From: an uncultured Eggerthellaceae bacterium
GTDB taxonomy: Bacteria > Actinomycetota > Coriobacteriia > Coriobacteriales > Eggerthellaceae
Assembly: GCA_903789375.1 (NCBI GenBank)
Contig: CAIFEB010000004.1
Span: 65,289 to 129,288, forward strand
Direction: 5' to 3'
Length of the DNA stretch: 64,000 nucleotides
Made by a program: the position numbers and the translations under genes. The notes under the pieces were generated by a model, which was given only the letters and a program-made list of their open reading frames with translations, was not told the origin of the DNA and did no database searches. Shown here piece by piece: positions 54,489 through 64,000 of this stretch. How positions within the stretch are numbered: position 1 is the stretch's first letter; each line of letters starts with the position of its first letter.

Positions 54489-55448
54489 TCATTTGAACTT
54501 GCGGCTGAAACGGAAGATGAGCAGCACGCCCACCAGAAGCGCGACCGCGATGACGAGCGGCACGATCCACGTGGCCGCGAACGGCAGGTCGCCCACGTTC
54601 ATACCGTAGAAGCTGAACACGATGGTGGGAATTGACAGCGCGAGCATCACGATGGTGAGCGTCCGCATGACGATGTTCAGGTTGTTGCTGATGATTCTGC
54701 CAAACGTGTCCATGGTGCTCTCGAGAATGCCGGTGTAGATGTTGCTCATCTCGATGGCCTGGCGAAACTCGATGAACACGTCGTCGAGCAGGTCGCGGTC
54801 CTCCTCGTACAGCCTGATGACGCGGCCGCTCTTCACGCGCACGAGCGTGGACTCGTCGGCTTTGAGCGACGTGGAGAAGTAGACCAGCGATTTCTGCAAG
54901 CCCAGCATCTTGATGAGCTCGTCGTTCTGGAGCGTTTCGCGCAGGCGCCGTTCGTTCTTGGTGAACTGGCGGTCGATGCTGCGCAGGCAGGCCAGGTAGC
55001 GCTGCGAGATGTTCAGCAGCGCGCGCAGCAAAAAGCGCGTGCGCTGGTTGGTGTTGAAGTGCTTGATGCGGCCTTCCGAGAACAGGTCGAGCGTGCGGTC
55101 GCCGCGCAGGCTGACCGTGACGACCATGTCCTGCTCGGGCAGGAACAGAAACGACAGCGGCTGCGTCTCGTACTGGACGGAGGCGGGGTCGTCGGATTCC
55201 TGGTCGTCCTCGACGGCCGGACAGTCGATGATGATGAGCGCCTGGTCGGTGTCGTCATCGTAGTCGACGTGCGAGCTTTCCTCTTCGTCGAGCGCGGACT
55301 TGACGAACTCGGGGACGATGCCGAGCTGCTCTTTGAGCCACTGGCGCTCGTCGGAGGTGGGCGAGACGACGTTGACCCAGCAACCGGGCTCGGGTTCGTC
55401 TATCTTGCGGGTGACGGAATCTGGAAACGTCTTCACGCATTCGATCAC
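54489..55448 (-). CDS. corA: CorA-family Mg2+/Co2+ transporter
   Basis: YGMN motif plus two C-terminal TM helices. GTG start with RBS GGGAGGAG. The upstream ORF extension looks non-coding. Confidence 0.75.
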   Translation of the reverse strand: MIECVKTFPDSVTRKIDEPEPGCWVNVVSPTSDERQWLKEQLGIVPEFVKSALDEEESSHVDYDDDTDQALIIIDCPAVEDDQESDDPASVQYETQPLSFLFLPEQDMVVTVSLRGDRTLDLFSEGRIKHFNTNQRTRFLLRALLNISQRYLACLRSIDRQFTKNERRLRETLQNDELIKMLGLQKSLVYFSTSLKADESTLVRVKSGRVIRLYEEDRDLLDDVFIEFRQAIEMSNIYTGILESTMDTFGRIISNNLNIVMRTLTIVMLALSIPTIVFSFYGMNVGDLPFAATWIVPLVIAVALLVGVLLIFRFSRKFK

Positions 55449-55622
55449 AGTCCCGCTCCTCCCGCTTGTGGGCGCTTCATCCGGGCGCCCTCGCCTGCAT
55501 CTCCTCAATCGACGGCGTGCGGCGCGCTTGCGAGGCCCCGCACGTTCACCTCGAGCAGTATAGACCAACCCGCATTGCGCCCGCGCGCCGAAACGAATCC
55601 ACCGACGGAGTTTGCAAAATCA

Positions 55623-56039
55623 TTACGCGCGCTTCTGCGCGTCCTGACGGCGCGCGCGGCGCCCGGCCTGCGCGGTGTCCCATGCATGGTGCAGCGCGGC
55701 GATCGGATGGTGCAGCATCATGCGCGGGCCGGCATAGCGCATGACGGCCGTGATCTGCTCGCGCTCGGTCGGACGGTAGCAGTGGATCGGGCACGACGAG
55801 CAGAACGTCTTCGTCTCCAGGCGCGGGCAGTAGTCAAGGCGTCCGCGCACGTAGTCGGCGAGGCGCGCGCAGTCGGGGCACAGACCCTCGCCTGCGGGGT
55901 CGCGCTGCGCCCGCCGCTCCTCGTCGGAGCGGTGGTTGCCGTGGCAGTAGATCTGGATCATCTGCACGACGATGCGCTCCTCGCGCGCCCGTTTCGCCTC
56001 GAGCTGCTCGGGCGTCATATGCTTTTCGGCCATGGGCAC
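55623..56039 (-). CDS. YgbA-like Cys-rich protein (nitrous-oxide-stimulated promoter family)
   Basis: MIQIYCHGNH...LCPDCARL...CSSCPIHCY...MRYAGPRMM parallels E. coli YgbA. Starts 3 nt after the ABC transporter stop. Confidence 0.6.
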   Translation of the reverse strand: MPMAEKHMTPEQLEAKRAREERIVVQMIQIYCHGNHRSDEERRAQRDPAGEGLCPDCARLADYVRGRLDYCPRLETKTFCSSCPIHCYRPTEREQITAVMRYAGPRMMLHHPIAALHHAWDTAQAGRRARRQDAQKRA

Positions 56040-56042
56040 TCC

Positions 56043-59000
56043 CTAGCTCACGCGCCCGCGCTTCATCCGGAAGACCTCGTCGGCGATGCCCATCGTCGAC
56101 GGGCGGTGCGAGATGAGGACGACCGTGCGCGTGCCGCGTTGGTCGGACAGACTCTTCAAAACGGCTCCCTCGTTGAGCGAGTCGAGGTTGCTCGTGGGCT
56201 CGTCGAGCAGAAGCAGCGGCGCGTCGTGCAGGAACGCCCGCGCCAGTCCCAGACGCTGGCGCTCGCCGCCGGACAGCGTGTCGCCCAGCTCGCCCACCGG
56301 CGTGTCGAGGCCCTGGGGCAGGCTTCTCACGAACGCGTCGACCGATGCGGCGCGGCAGGCGTCCCACAGCTCGTCGTCGGTCGCGTCGGGCTTGGCGATG
56401 AGCAGGTTGTCCCGGATGCTGTCGTGGAACAGGTGGGTGTCCTGCTCGACGAGCGCCTCGGCCGCGCGCAGCGACGAGGTGCGAATCTGGCGCACGTCGA
56501 CGTTTGACAGCGCGATGCGTCCCTCGTCCACGTCCCAGAAGCGCATGAGCAGCCGACACAGCGTCGACTTGCCCGAGCCGCTCTTCCCCGCGATGCCGAC
56601 GATCTTGCCTTCGGGAATCGCAAGGCTCACGTCGTCGAGCACGCGCTCGGAGCCGTAGGAGAACCCTACGCGTTCGACCGCAGCGCCGTCGAACACGATG
56701 TCTTCGCCCTTCGCGTTTTCCTCGACGAGCGGTTTCTCATCGAGGATGGCGAGGACGCGTGCGCCTGAAGCGAGCGTGCCCTGGAGCGTGGAGCCCAGGT
56801 TGGCGAGGGCCACGACCGGGCCGAACGAGCTGAACAGCGTGACCGTGGCCACGAGCACGCCGTCCGCGGCGACGGCTCCCGCGGCGAACAGGTGCACGCC
56901 CACCGCCAGCTGGACGAGCGAGAACGCCAGAATGAGCGCTTGGACCGCGGCCGTTCCGTTGGCGGCCTTCGTGGCGATGACGCGCTGCGCGCCGATGAGC
57001 TTGCGCGATTCGGCGTCGAGAAGTGCGCGCTGACGGTCGCCGGCGCCGTACTGGCGGATCTCCGACGTGCCGCGCAGGCTGTCCAGCACGAAGCTCGACA
57101 GGCGGCCCGCCTGGCCGCGCGTGCGCGCTCCGGCATCGCCGGTGGTCTTGGAGATGACGACCGGCACCACCAGGCCGACGGCCAGGTACGCAAGCGCCGA
57201 CACCACGCCGAACAGCGGATGGATGGACCCGACGAACGCCACCATGATGACCGACGTGACAACCGCGATGCACACCGGCGAGATCGTGTGCGCGTAGAAC
57301 ACCTCGAGCAGCTCGACGTCCGCCGTGATGGTGGAGATGAGGCTGCCGCGATCGGCTCCGGCGAGCTTGGCCGGGCACAGGCGCCGTAGCGCGCCGAAGA
57401 CGCGGTCGCGCACCGAGGCAAGGAGCTTGAACGCGATGTAGTGGTTGCAGAGCTGCTCGAAGTAGTGCAGCACGCCGCGTGCCACGGCGAGGACCGCGAG
57501 CACGCCGATGCAGCCCCCGAGCGTCAGCGGGAACGGGCCGCCGAGCGCCACGAGACCCGCGCGCACGGACAGCACCGGGACGGCCGTCGCGCAGCAGAAC
57601 CCGATGACGCCCAAGACGATGGCGAGCACCATGATCCCCGCCATCGGCTTCGCCAGCCCGAGCATGCGCCACATGAGCGCGAGGTTGCCCGGCTTGCGCG
57701 CGGGATCCGCGGCCTTCGCTTCGGACGCGGCCGCCTTCGCCGTAGGCGCCGGAGTCTGCGAAGCCGCCGCGGGCGCCTCGTGCTGCGCGTCCGCCGCATT
57801 CTCGGTCGCAGCGTCGGCGCCGGCCGCTTCCGCTCCGCCGACCTGCGCAGACGCCGCATCCGCCGCGTGCGCCGTCGCGCCTTCCCCGCCCGCCTGCTCC
57901 TGCGGGCAGCTGCGATAGGACTCGAGCTCCTGCTGGCGCTCCCAGAGCAGCCGGTACTCGGAGCACGTTGCGAGCAGCCCGTCGTGCGTGCCCGCGCCCA
58001 CGAGCGAGCCGGCGTCCAGCACGTAGATGCGGTCCGCCGGCACGACGTTGGCCAGGCGATGCGAGATGATGACGACCGCCTTCTCCTGCGCCAGCTTCGC
58101 TACCGCGTCCATGATGCGGTTCTCGCTTTCGACATCGATGTTGCTCGTGGCCTCGTCGAACAGGTAGATCGGCGCGTCGTGCAGCAGCGCGCGGGCCAAG
58201 GCGAGCCGCTGGCGCTGGCCGCCGGAGAGGTTCTCGCCCTGCCGCTCAAGCCGCGTGTCCAGCCCTTCCTCGCCGCGCAGGTAGTCGGCGAGCGCCGCGC
58301 GTTCGAGCACGTCCCACATCTCGTCGTCGGTCGCGTCGGGCTTGGCCATGAGCAGGTTGTCGCGCACCGTCCCCGAGAACAGGTAGCTGCCCACGCGCAC
58401 GCACGTGACCGTGTCCGCAAGGCTCGCCGGCGCGATGGCGCGCACCTCGGACGCGCCCAGCCGGACCGAGCCCGTGTAGCCGTCCTGCGCGCCCGCGAGC
58501 AGTTGCGCGATGGTCGACTTGCCCGACCCGGACTCGCCGACGATGGCCGTCATGCCGCGCGGGGGCACCGACAGCGACACGCCGTGGAGCACCTCGCGTT
58601 CGCCATCGTAGGAAAACCGCACGTCGGACAGCTCGTACGAGGCGCCCGGCTCCACCGCGGCGTCTTTGCCCTCGGGCTCGGGGAGCTCGAGCAGCTTGAA
58701 GATCTTGCCGCTCGCCGCCACGCCGTTCATCGCCACGTGGAAGTACGAGCCCATCTGGCGCATCGGGATGAAGAAGTCCGCCGACAGAAGCGCGATGAGC
58801 AGGAAGCCGAAGAGCGAGAGCGTACCCGCCGCGAGCGCATGGAGCGCCACGGCCACGCCCGCGACGGCGCCGCCGAGCGCTATGACGTCCATCACGATAA
58901 TCGAGTTCAGCTGCATGCGCAGCACGCGCATCGTGATGCGGCGGAAGGCCTCCGCCTCGTCGTTCATCCTGTCGTGGCGCGCGGCGTCGGCCTGATAGAT

Positions 59001-59621
59001 CTTGAGGGTGGTAAGTCCCTGCAGGTTCTCCAGGAACGTGTCGCCCAGCTCGGCGTACTGGTTCCAGTACGAGCCGAGGAGCCGGCGCGCGATGCGCTGC
59101 ACGAGCATGATCGTCACCGGGATGAGCGGCACGCATACGAGCAGCACGACGGCCGCCTGCCAGCAGAAGCCCACGATGACGCAGAACAGCGTGACGGGCG
59201 CGAGCACGGCGTAGAACAGCTGCGGAAGGTAGCGTCCGAAGTAGCTTTCCAGCTGCTCGACGCCCTCGACGGCGACCTGCACGACCTCGGCGGTGGTGGA
59301 GCTTTCCTGGTACGCCGGGCCCAGGCGCAGCACCTTGTCGTAGATCTTCTCGCGAACCAGGCGCTTCACGTCCGACGATGCTGCAAACGATGCAGCCTCG
59401 GACGCCTTCGCCGACACGATCTTGGCGATGCACGATGCCGCGCACAGAAGCGCCGCGATCGAAACCGGCACGGCGGCGCCGGTGAGCACCGCCTCAAGCA
59501 CCAGGCACACGCCCCAGATGAGCGCGATGTTGGCGAGCAGGCCGACCCACTTGCCCGCCACGCACGCCAGGATATGGCGCATCGAGCCCGGCGCCAGGCC
59601 GAGCAGCTTCTTGTCCATCAT
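56043..59621 (-). CDS. Fused two-half ABC exporter (CydD-like TMD-NBD + linker + CydC-like TMD-NBD)
   Basis: Two sets of Walker A (GESGSGKST / GKSGSGKST), signature (LSGGQRQR / LSGGERQR) and Walker B. An Ala-rich low-complexity linker sits between the halves. Confidence 0.8.
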   Translation of the reverse strand: MMDKKLLGLAPGSMRHILACVAGKWVGLLANIALIWGVCLVLEAVLTGAAVPVSIAALLCAASCIAKIVSAKASEAASFAASSDVKRLVREKIYDKVLRLGPAYQESSTTAEVVQVAVEGVEQLESYFGRYLPQLFYAVLAPVTLFCVIVGFCWQAAVVLLVCVPLIPVTIMLVQRIARRLLGSYWNQYAELGDTFLENLQGLTTLKIYQADAARHDRMNDEAEAFRRITMRVLRMQLNSIIVMDVIALGGAVAGVAVALHALAAGTLSLFGFLLIALLSADFFIPMRQMGSYFHVAMNGVAASGKIFKLLELPEPEGKDAAVEPGASYELSDVRFSYDGEREVLHGVSLSVPPRGMTAIVGESGSGKSTIAQLLAGAQDGYTGSVRLGASEVRAIAPASLADTVTCVRVGSYLFSGTVRDNLLMAKPDATDDEMWDVLERAALADYLRGEEGLDTRLERQGENLSGGQRQRLALARALLHDAPIYLFDEATSNIDVESENRIMDAVAKLAQEKAVVIISHRLANVVPADRIYVLDAGSLVGAGTHDGLLATCSEYRLLWERQQELESYRSCPQEQAGGEGATAHAADAASAQVGGAEAAGADAATENAADAQHEAPAAASQTPAPTAKAAASEAKAADPARKPGNLALMWRMLGLAKPMAGIMVLAIVLGVIGFCCATAVPVLSVRAGLVALGGPFPLTLGGCIGVLAVLAVARGVLHYFEQLCNHYIAFKLLASVRDRVFGALRRLCPAKLAGADRGSLISTITADVELLEVFYAHTISPVCIAVVTSVIMVAFVGSIHPLFGVVSALAYLAVGLVVPVVISKTTGDAGARTRGQAGRLSSFVLDSLRGTSEIRQYGAGDRQRALLDAESRKLIGAQRVIATKAANGTAAVQALILAFSLVQLAVGVHLFAAGAVAADGVLVATVTLFSSFGPVVALANLGSTLQGTLASGARVLAILDEKPLVEENAKGEDIVFDGAAVERVGFSYGSERVLDDVSLAIPEGKIVGIAGKSGSGKSTLCRLLMRFWDVDEGRIALSNVDVRQIRTSSLRAAEALVEQDTHLFHDSIRDNLLIAKPDATDDELWDACRAASVDAFVRSLPQGLDTPVGELGDTLSGGERQRLGLARAFLHDAPLLLLDEPTSNLDSLNEGAVLKSLSDQRGTRTVVLISHRPSTMGIADEVFRMKRGRVS

Positions 59622-59991
59622 AGAGTTACCCCGTTCCGCCGGCCCTCGCCGGCACATCATGCCGCGTCTTCCCGAACGCGCATAACAGTATCTGCCGTGT
59701 GACAGCATAGCGGCATCGCGCCGATTCAGGAACGGCGCGAGCGCAATCCAAAAGTTACCGACACTTAACTAACAGGGAACGGATGCAAAGGCGAAGCGCC
59801 GCGACCGGCAGAACCGGCGTCGCGCCCCACGGCGCACGCCTCGCGCACGGACGCCGCCGCATCCGACAACGTTGCGACGACTTCGCAAAGCGCGTCGACT
59901 GCGCTGTGGCGATCGTGGCGTCGTGCACCGGCTGCGCTGCCACCCCAACGGATGCGGCGCCGCGTGCGAAACGCGGGCGCAGCGCCCCGCC

Positions 59992-62064
59992 CTACTTCGC
60001 AGGCGACGGCAGCGCGAGGATGGCTTCTCGCAGCTCCTTGTAGCGTGCGGTCTGCTCGTAGGCGCCCTGGTTCTCGCGGAAATCGTTGCCGAACGAGCCG
60101 CGCGTCACCGTGATGTTCGGCGGCATCTGGATGCGCTTGAACACCGCCGTGCGCATCTGGCGCAGCACCCGTTCCAGATCGTCGATGAACGCGCGCGGGT
60201 CGTCCAAGCCGTAGTAGCGCACCCATTTGCCGACGGGCGCAGAAGCGAGCCGGTCGGCGTAGTAGCGCTCCATCACCGCCACGGCGCCGTAGCCGGGATA
60301 GTCGGTCAGCTGGTCGACGAGCCAGTCGTGGTAGAACCACTTCATCGGGTCGCGCTGGCCGTCCGCAAGCTCGGCCGTAGGCGGCAGCTCCCAAGCGAGC
60401 CCGTCGGAGGTCTCGGTGGGAATGAGGCCCTCCGGCACGACCGCGCGCCCGAAGCGGCGGTTCAGCTCGCGCGCTACGCCGAACAGAGCCGTCTTGGTGA
60501 CGTCTCCGAGCGGGGCGAGCGCGCCGATGGCGTCACCGTAGAGCGTCGCGTAGCCGAACAGGCCCTCCACCTTGTTGCCGTTGTTCATGATGACGCCGCC
60601 CTCTATCTGGGAGAACGTCGAGAGCAGATGCCCGCGCAGGCGCGCCTGGACGTTCTCGTCCACAAGCCCCGCGCACGCGTCCGCGCCGTAGCCGTACTCC
60701 GCGACAACCGCGTGCGTCGCGTCGACGACCGGCTCGATGGACCCCGACCGCAGCTCCACGCCGAGCGCCGCGGCGAGCGCGTCCGCGTTCGACTTCGTGG
60801 CCGCGCTGTTGTGGCGCGTTGCCAGGTTGAAACCGCGCACGCGGTCGCGCCCTAATGCCCGCACGGCAAGCGCGCAGGTCACCGAGCTGTCGATGCCGCC
60901 CGACAGGCCGATGACCCAGTGCGGCTTCCACGGAAGCACCTGCTCGTCGAACCGTCGGATCGTCTTCTCGAGCGCGTCGGTGAGCTTGGCAGACGCCGGG
61001 TCGTCCGCAGCGGCGTAGGAGCTCGCAGGAACCGGTTCGGACGACGCGAGCGCGCCGTCGACGTCGACGATGGCGAGCTCGGGTTCGAAGTCGTCGCGCA
61101 GGCGCGCCCGCGCGCCACCGTCGGGCCCGTACAGCGCCGATGCGCCGTCGAACGCCAGCACGTTCTTCCCCGTGTTCTGCATGCCGACCGCGTTGACGTA
61201 GACGAAGGGGGGAAGCGCGCCGGCAGCCGCCCCCTGCTCGGCGAGCCGGCGGTCACGCGCCGTGTCCTTGCCCCGCGTCCACGGCGACGCGCTCACGTTG
61301 ACGACCAGGTCGCACCCCGCCTGCGCGTAGCACGCCGTCGGGTCGACGGCGTAGTCGGCCGCCCACAGGTCCTCGCACACCTCGAGCCCCACGCGCACCG
61401 TCTGGCCGCGGACGGCGAACGCGAAGGGCGCGAGATATGCCGCGGTGAAATCATCGGACGCGGGAGCCGCGCCGGAGCCCGCGCGGGGCTGGTCAGCCGG
61501 AACAGCAGCCGCGAGCGCAGCACCGGAAGCGGACGCGCCGTCAGCAGCGGCTGCAGCTTCCCCTTCCCCGCGCATGCCGCCCCGCGCGTAGTACGTCGCG
61601 TCCTCGAGCGCCGACGTGAAGTAGCGGTCGTCATCGAACATGCGGTAGTCGGGCGCGAGCGCCTTCACGTACACGCCGGCCGGCGCCGCACCGCCCGCAC
61701 GCGGCACCCACTCCCCGTCCTGCGCGAACAGCGCCGCGTTGTAGCGCGTCCGGCGTCCGTCGCGCCCCCGATGCCCCGGCGTGCGGTACGCGCGCACGAC
61801 GTTGCCGAACACGATGCCGATGCCCTGCGACAGCGCGCGCACGCGGTCGTTGAACGACGCCAGGTAGTCGACGAAGTCCTCGTCAGTCCACCGGTCGGCC
61901 AGGCAGTACCCGCCGACGCACATCTCGGGGAACACGACGAGGTCGGCCCCAGCCGCGCGCGCCTCGTCAACGGCGTGGCTCATGACGTCGAAGTTCCGGC
62001 TGGGCTGACCAGCCCATACGTCCATCTGGCACAGCGCGATGCGCAGCTTGAGCGTCTCACCCAT
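59992..62064 (-). CDS. nadE: Glutamine-dependent NAD+ synthetase (CN-hydrolase + NadE domains)
   Basis: N-terminal nitrilase-like domain (catalytic Cys in VFPEMCVGGYC region) and PP-loop GLSGGIDSS. RBS GAAAGGA. Confidence 0.85.
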   Translation of the reverse strand: MGETLKLRIALCQMDVWAGQPSRNFDVMSHAVDEARAAGADLVVFPEMCVGGYCLADRWTDEDFVDYLASFNDRVRALSQGIGIVFGNVVRAYRTPGHRGRDGRRTRYNAALFAQDGEWVPRAGGAAPAGVYVKALAPDYRMFDDDRYFTSALEDATYYARGGMRGEGEAAAAADGASASGAALAAAVPADQPRAGSGAAPASDDFTAAYLAPFAFAVRGQTVRVGLEVCEDLWAADYAVDPTACYAQAGCDLVVNVSASPWTRGKDTARDRRLAEQGAAAGALPPFVYVNAVGMQNTGKNVLAFDGASALYGPDGGARARLRDDFEPELAIVDVDGALASSEPVPASSYAAADDPASAKLTDALEKTIRRFDEQVLPWKPHWVIGLSGGIDSSVTCALAVRALGRDRVRGFNLATRHNSAATKSNADALAAALGVELRSGSIEPVVDATHAVVAEYGYGADACAGLVDENVQARLRGHLLSTFSQIEGGVIMNNGNKVEGLFGYATLYGDAIGALAPLGDVTKTALFGVARELNRRFGRAVVPEGLIPTETSDGLAWELPPTAELADGQRDPMKWFYHDWLVDQLTDYPGYGAVAVMERYYADRLASAPVGKWVRYYGLDDPRAFIDDLERVLRQMRTAVFKRIQMPPNITVTRGSFGNDFRENQGAYEQTARYKELREAILALPSPAK

Positions 62065-62113
62065 GGCGCGATCCTTTCGTCCTCGGAAAACCTGCGTGCG
62101 ACCCGCCCGGCCC

Positions 62114-62863
62114 CTACAGACACAGGGCGAACCCGTGCGCCCCCGTGGCCGAGATGCAGAAGTTGGCGGCGACGTTGCACACCGTAAGCCCCACGCACAG
62201 CTCCGCCCACGACGCCGCGCTCGGGTTGAACCCGCGCTGCGCGGCCTGCTGCTGGTACTGGCGCGTGGGCTGCTCGAACGCGCCGAGCGCCCAGCGGTAG
62301 TCGTCGTTGCCCGGATCCATCTGCACCGCGCGCTTGATCTGCTCGAACGCGAGCATCGTGTTGCCCGCGCCGTAGTTCGCGAGCGCCGCCAGGTAGTACC
62401 AGCGCGCCGTGCGGTCGCGCCGCCGGACGCCGTCGAGCACGGCGACCGCCTGCGGGTAGCGCGCGGCGTTGATGGCGTCGATGGCCGTGCGCATCTCGGG
62501 CGTGTCCTCGGCCGACGGCTCGGGATGGATCGAGCGCGGATCGGCGGCGCCGTACGAGAAGCCGCCGCCGAAGATGTCGTCCCACGTGTAGGTCTGCGCA
62601 GTCCACGACGCGCCGCCCGCCGCGGAGAACGGGTCGGACGCCTGCTGCGCCTGGGCGCGCCGGTGGTCGGACGCCGCGTATTTCTCGGGATTCATCAGGC
62701 GGTCGTACGCCTCGTTGACCTCGTTCATACGCTCCTCGGCATGGGGGTCGTCGGGATTGAGGTCGGGATGGTTCTCGCGCGCCTTCTTGCGGTACGCCTT
62801 CTTTATCTCGTCGGGCGTGGCGTCCTTCGAAACGCCGAGCACCTCGTAGGGAGACCGGTTCAC
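62114..62863 (-). CDS. DnaJ (J-domain) protein
   Basis: [32 protein letters not shown] (HPD motif). GTG start with RBS GAAAGGAG. Overlaps the upstream gene by 4 nt. Confidence 0.7.
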   Translation of the reverse strand: MNRSPYEVLGVSKDATPDEIKKAYRKKARENHPDLNPDDPHAEERMNEVNEAYDRLMNPEKYAASDHRRAQAQQASDPFSAAGGASWTAQTYTWDDIFGGGFSYGAADPRSIHPEPSAEDTPEMRTAIDAINAARYPQAVAVLDGVRRRDRTARWYYLAALANYGAGNTMLAFEQIKRAVQMDPGNDDYRWALGAFEQPTRQYQQQAAQRGFNPSAASWAELCVGLTVCNVAANFCISATGAHGFALCL

Positions 62864-63780
62864 GATGCCGCTCCTTTCGCCACAGGCCCGCGCGCCACGG
62901 CATCCGCCATGCACGGAGAGGCCTTCATCTGCGCAGACGGCGTACCCGCGCGCTGCCCTTCGCCGTCCGCCAGGGCGTCGTTCACCCGCGCCCACATGCC
63001 GGCGTACAGCGCGCTGCGCATGAGGTGCGCGTCATGCACGAGCGGCAGCCGCTCGAACGCGTCGGCCGTGCGCGCCAGGCAGTCGCCCACGACGGCGCGC
63101 ATGTCGGCGGCGTCGAGCCCGCTTGCGCTGAAGGGGTTGTACGAGCCCGTCCGCTCGTCGTCGGCGCGGTCGACGGCGGCGTCGATCAGATAGACCGCGC
63201 GCCCCAGCTCGAATCCGAACCGGCGCAGCCCCTCCGCCCAGAAGTCCTCCTCGCGCACCATGACCTCGGCCATGATGGCCCCGAACGCCCGCGCGGCCTC
63301 GTCGGGCCCCACGTCGCGGCCCACTGCCGCCTGCCGTTCCAGCCCGTCGATGCGCGCAAGCCCCTGCTCGAGCGCCGTGCATTGGCGCGGCCAGCGCTCG
63401 CGCACGGCCTCGTAGGGCCGTCGCAGCACGCGCCCGTAGACGCGCGCCGGGATGCTGCCGTCGTCGTTCCAGTCGTCTGCGCACTTGCCGTGCATGAGCG
63501 CGATCGTCATGTCCGCCGCGTAGGCGATCTCGTCGTTTTGGATGTAGGCGCGCTCAGACGCCGGATGAACCGCGCAGCGACCGGTGCGGCGGACCTCCTC
63601 GGGCTCGTACAGCGACAGCCGCACGAGCGCACAGAAGACCAGGTCGTGGTTCACCGACAGGCGGCTCGCCTGGCCCGACCGGCGGCTCAGCTCGTGGCAC
63701 AGCCCGCAGTAGACCGCGCGGTAGCGCAGCTTCTCGTCCTCCGACAGGTCGGGTATGTTGACCGTGGCGAATCCAAACAT
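62860..63780 (-). CDS. Hypothetical protein (DUF-type; N-terminal [31 protein letters not shown]), translationally coupled to the J-domain gene
   Basis: 306-aa ORF with coding-like composition and CxxC...C/H motifs. Function unknown. Confidence 0.5.
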   Translation of the reverse strand: MFGFATVNIPDLSEDEKLRYRAVYCGLCHELSRRSGQASRLSVNHDLVFCALVRLSLYEPEEVRRTGRCAVHPASERAYIQNDEIAYAADMTIALMHGKCADDWNDDGSIPARVYGRVLRRPYEAVRERWPRQCTALEQGLARIDGLERQAAVGRDVGPDEAARAFGAIMAEVMVREEDFWAEGLRRFGFELGRAVYLIDAAVDRADDERTGSYNPFSASGLDAADMRAVVGDCLARTADAFERLPLVHDAHLMRSALYAGMWARVNDALADGEGQRAGTPSAQMKASPCMADAVARGPVAKGAAS

Positions 63781-63786
63781 GTCCCG

Positions 63787-64000
63787 CTACCGCGACCCGC
63801 CGCCCCGGCGGCGGTTCTCCAACCGGCGCCGTGCGAGCTCGCGCTTCTCCTCGTTCATCTCGTCGATGACCCGCTGGCGCTCGGCGACGCTCATCTCGGG
63901 CCTCGACCCGGCGCGCTCGGCCTCGTCGCGCATGCGCTCCTTCTCGGCGGGCGTGTAGGCGCGCGGACGCTCGGCCGCGCGGACGCGGGCCGACTCCTCC
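63787..64000 (-). CDS. 3' end of a gene continuing beyond the window (C-terminus ...RELARRRLENRRRGGGSR*)
   Basis: Open frame to the window edge with a stop at 63787-63789. Charged coiled-coil-like tail. Confidence 0.4.
   Translation of the reverse strand, partial: EESARVRAAERPRAYTPAEKERMRDEAERAGSRPEMSVAERQRVIDEMNEEKRELARRRLENRRRGGGSR

Overview
High-GC (~65%) actinobacterial-type chromosomal window that is gene dense. By gene content and codon bias it most resembles an Eggerthellaceae/Coriobacteriia genome, but that is an inference, not a database result. No rRNA, tRNA or CRISPR was found.

Reading left to right, the window contains:
- the 3' end of a huge cell-wall-anchored surface protein with a metallophosphoesterase domain;
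- a macro-domain protein, a small His-rich ORF and a DUF4405 membrane protein;
- a copper module: csoR (with two palindromic CsoR-type operators) followed by copA, which carries an in-frame C-terminal CopZ-like metal-binding domain;
- a 1.6-kb repeat-dense noncoding block;
- cysK, a NapH-like polyferredoxin and a uracil/xanthine permease;
- an XRE-HTH::AlaA-type aminotransferase fusion;
- membrane proteins, a tandem UspA, PiT and a SWIM-SNF2 helicase;
- an ~8.8-kb accessory island, described below;
- a zinc-ribbon membrane protein and an IS1634-family insertion sequence just upstream of panDC;
- a BASS transporter, an amidohydrolase, thrS and a pRiA4b-ORF3-like protein;
- a HAD hydrolase and a divergent SAM-methyltransferase / Elp3-like radical-SAM-GNAT pair;
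- ThrH, QueD, CysE and CorA;
- a fused CydDC-like ABC exporter coupled to a YgbA-like Cys-rich protein;
- NadE and a DnaJ-domain / DUF pair.

The most interesting region is the accessory island at 27.6-36.6 kb. It is bracketed by two near-identical 72-82-bp perfect palindromes whose differences are compensatory on both arms. It encodes, on the minus strand:
- a GntR regulator, an SPFH protein and an AAA ATPase (the ATPase stretch is markedly AT-richer than the rest);
- a TAT-exported bis-MGD molybdopterin oxidoreductase whose reading frame is interrupted by a single in-frame TGA. A SECIS-like hairpin sits 5 nt downstream, so a selenocysteine at the expected Mo-ligand position is predicted;
- 4Fe-4S, DmsC-like anchor and TorD-like chaperone subunits.

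The half-site TATGATAC recurs in both the GntR promoter and the molybdoenzyme promoter.

All coordinates, motifs and structures were read from the sequence by eye. Family assignments rest on recognisable motifs and were not checked against any database.
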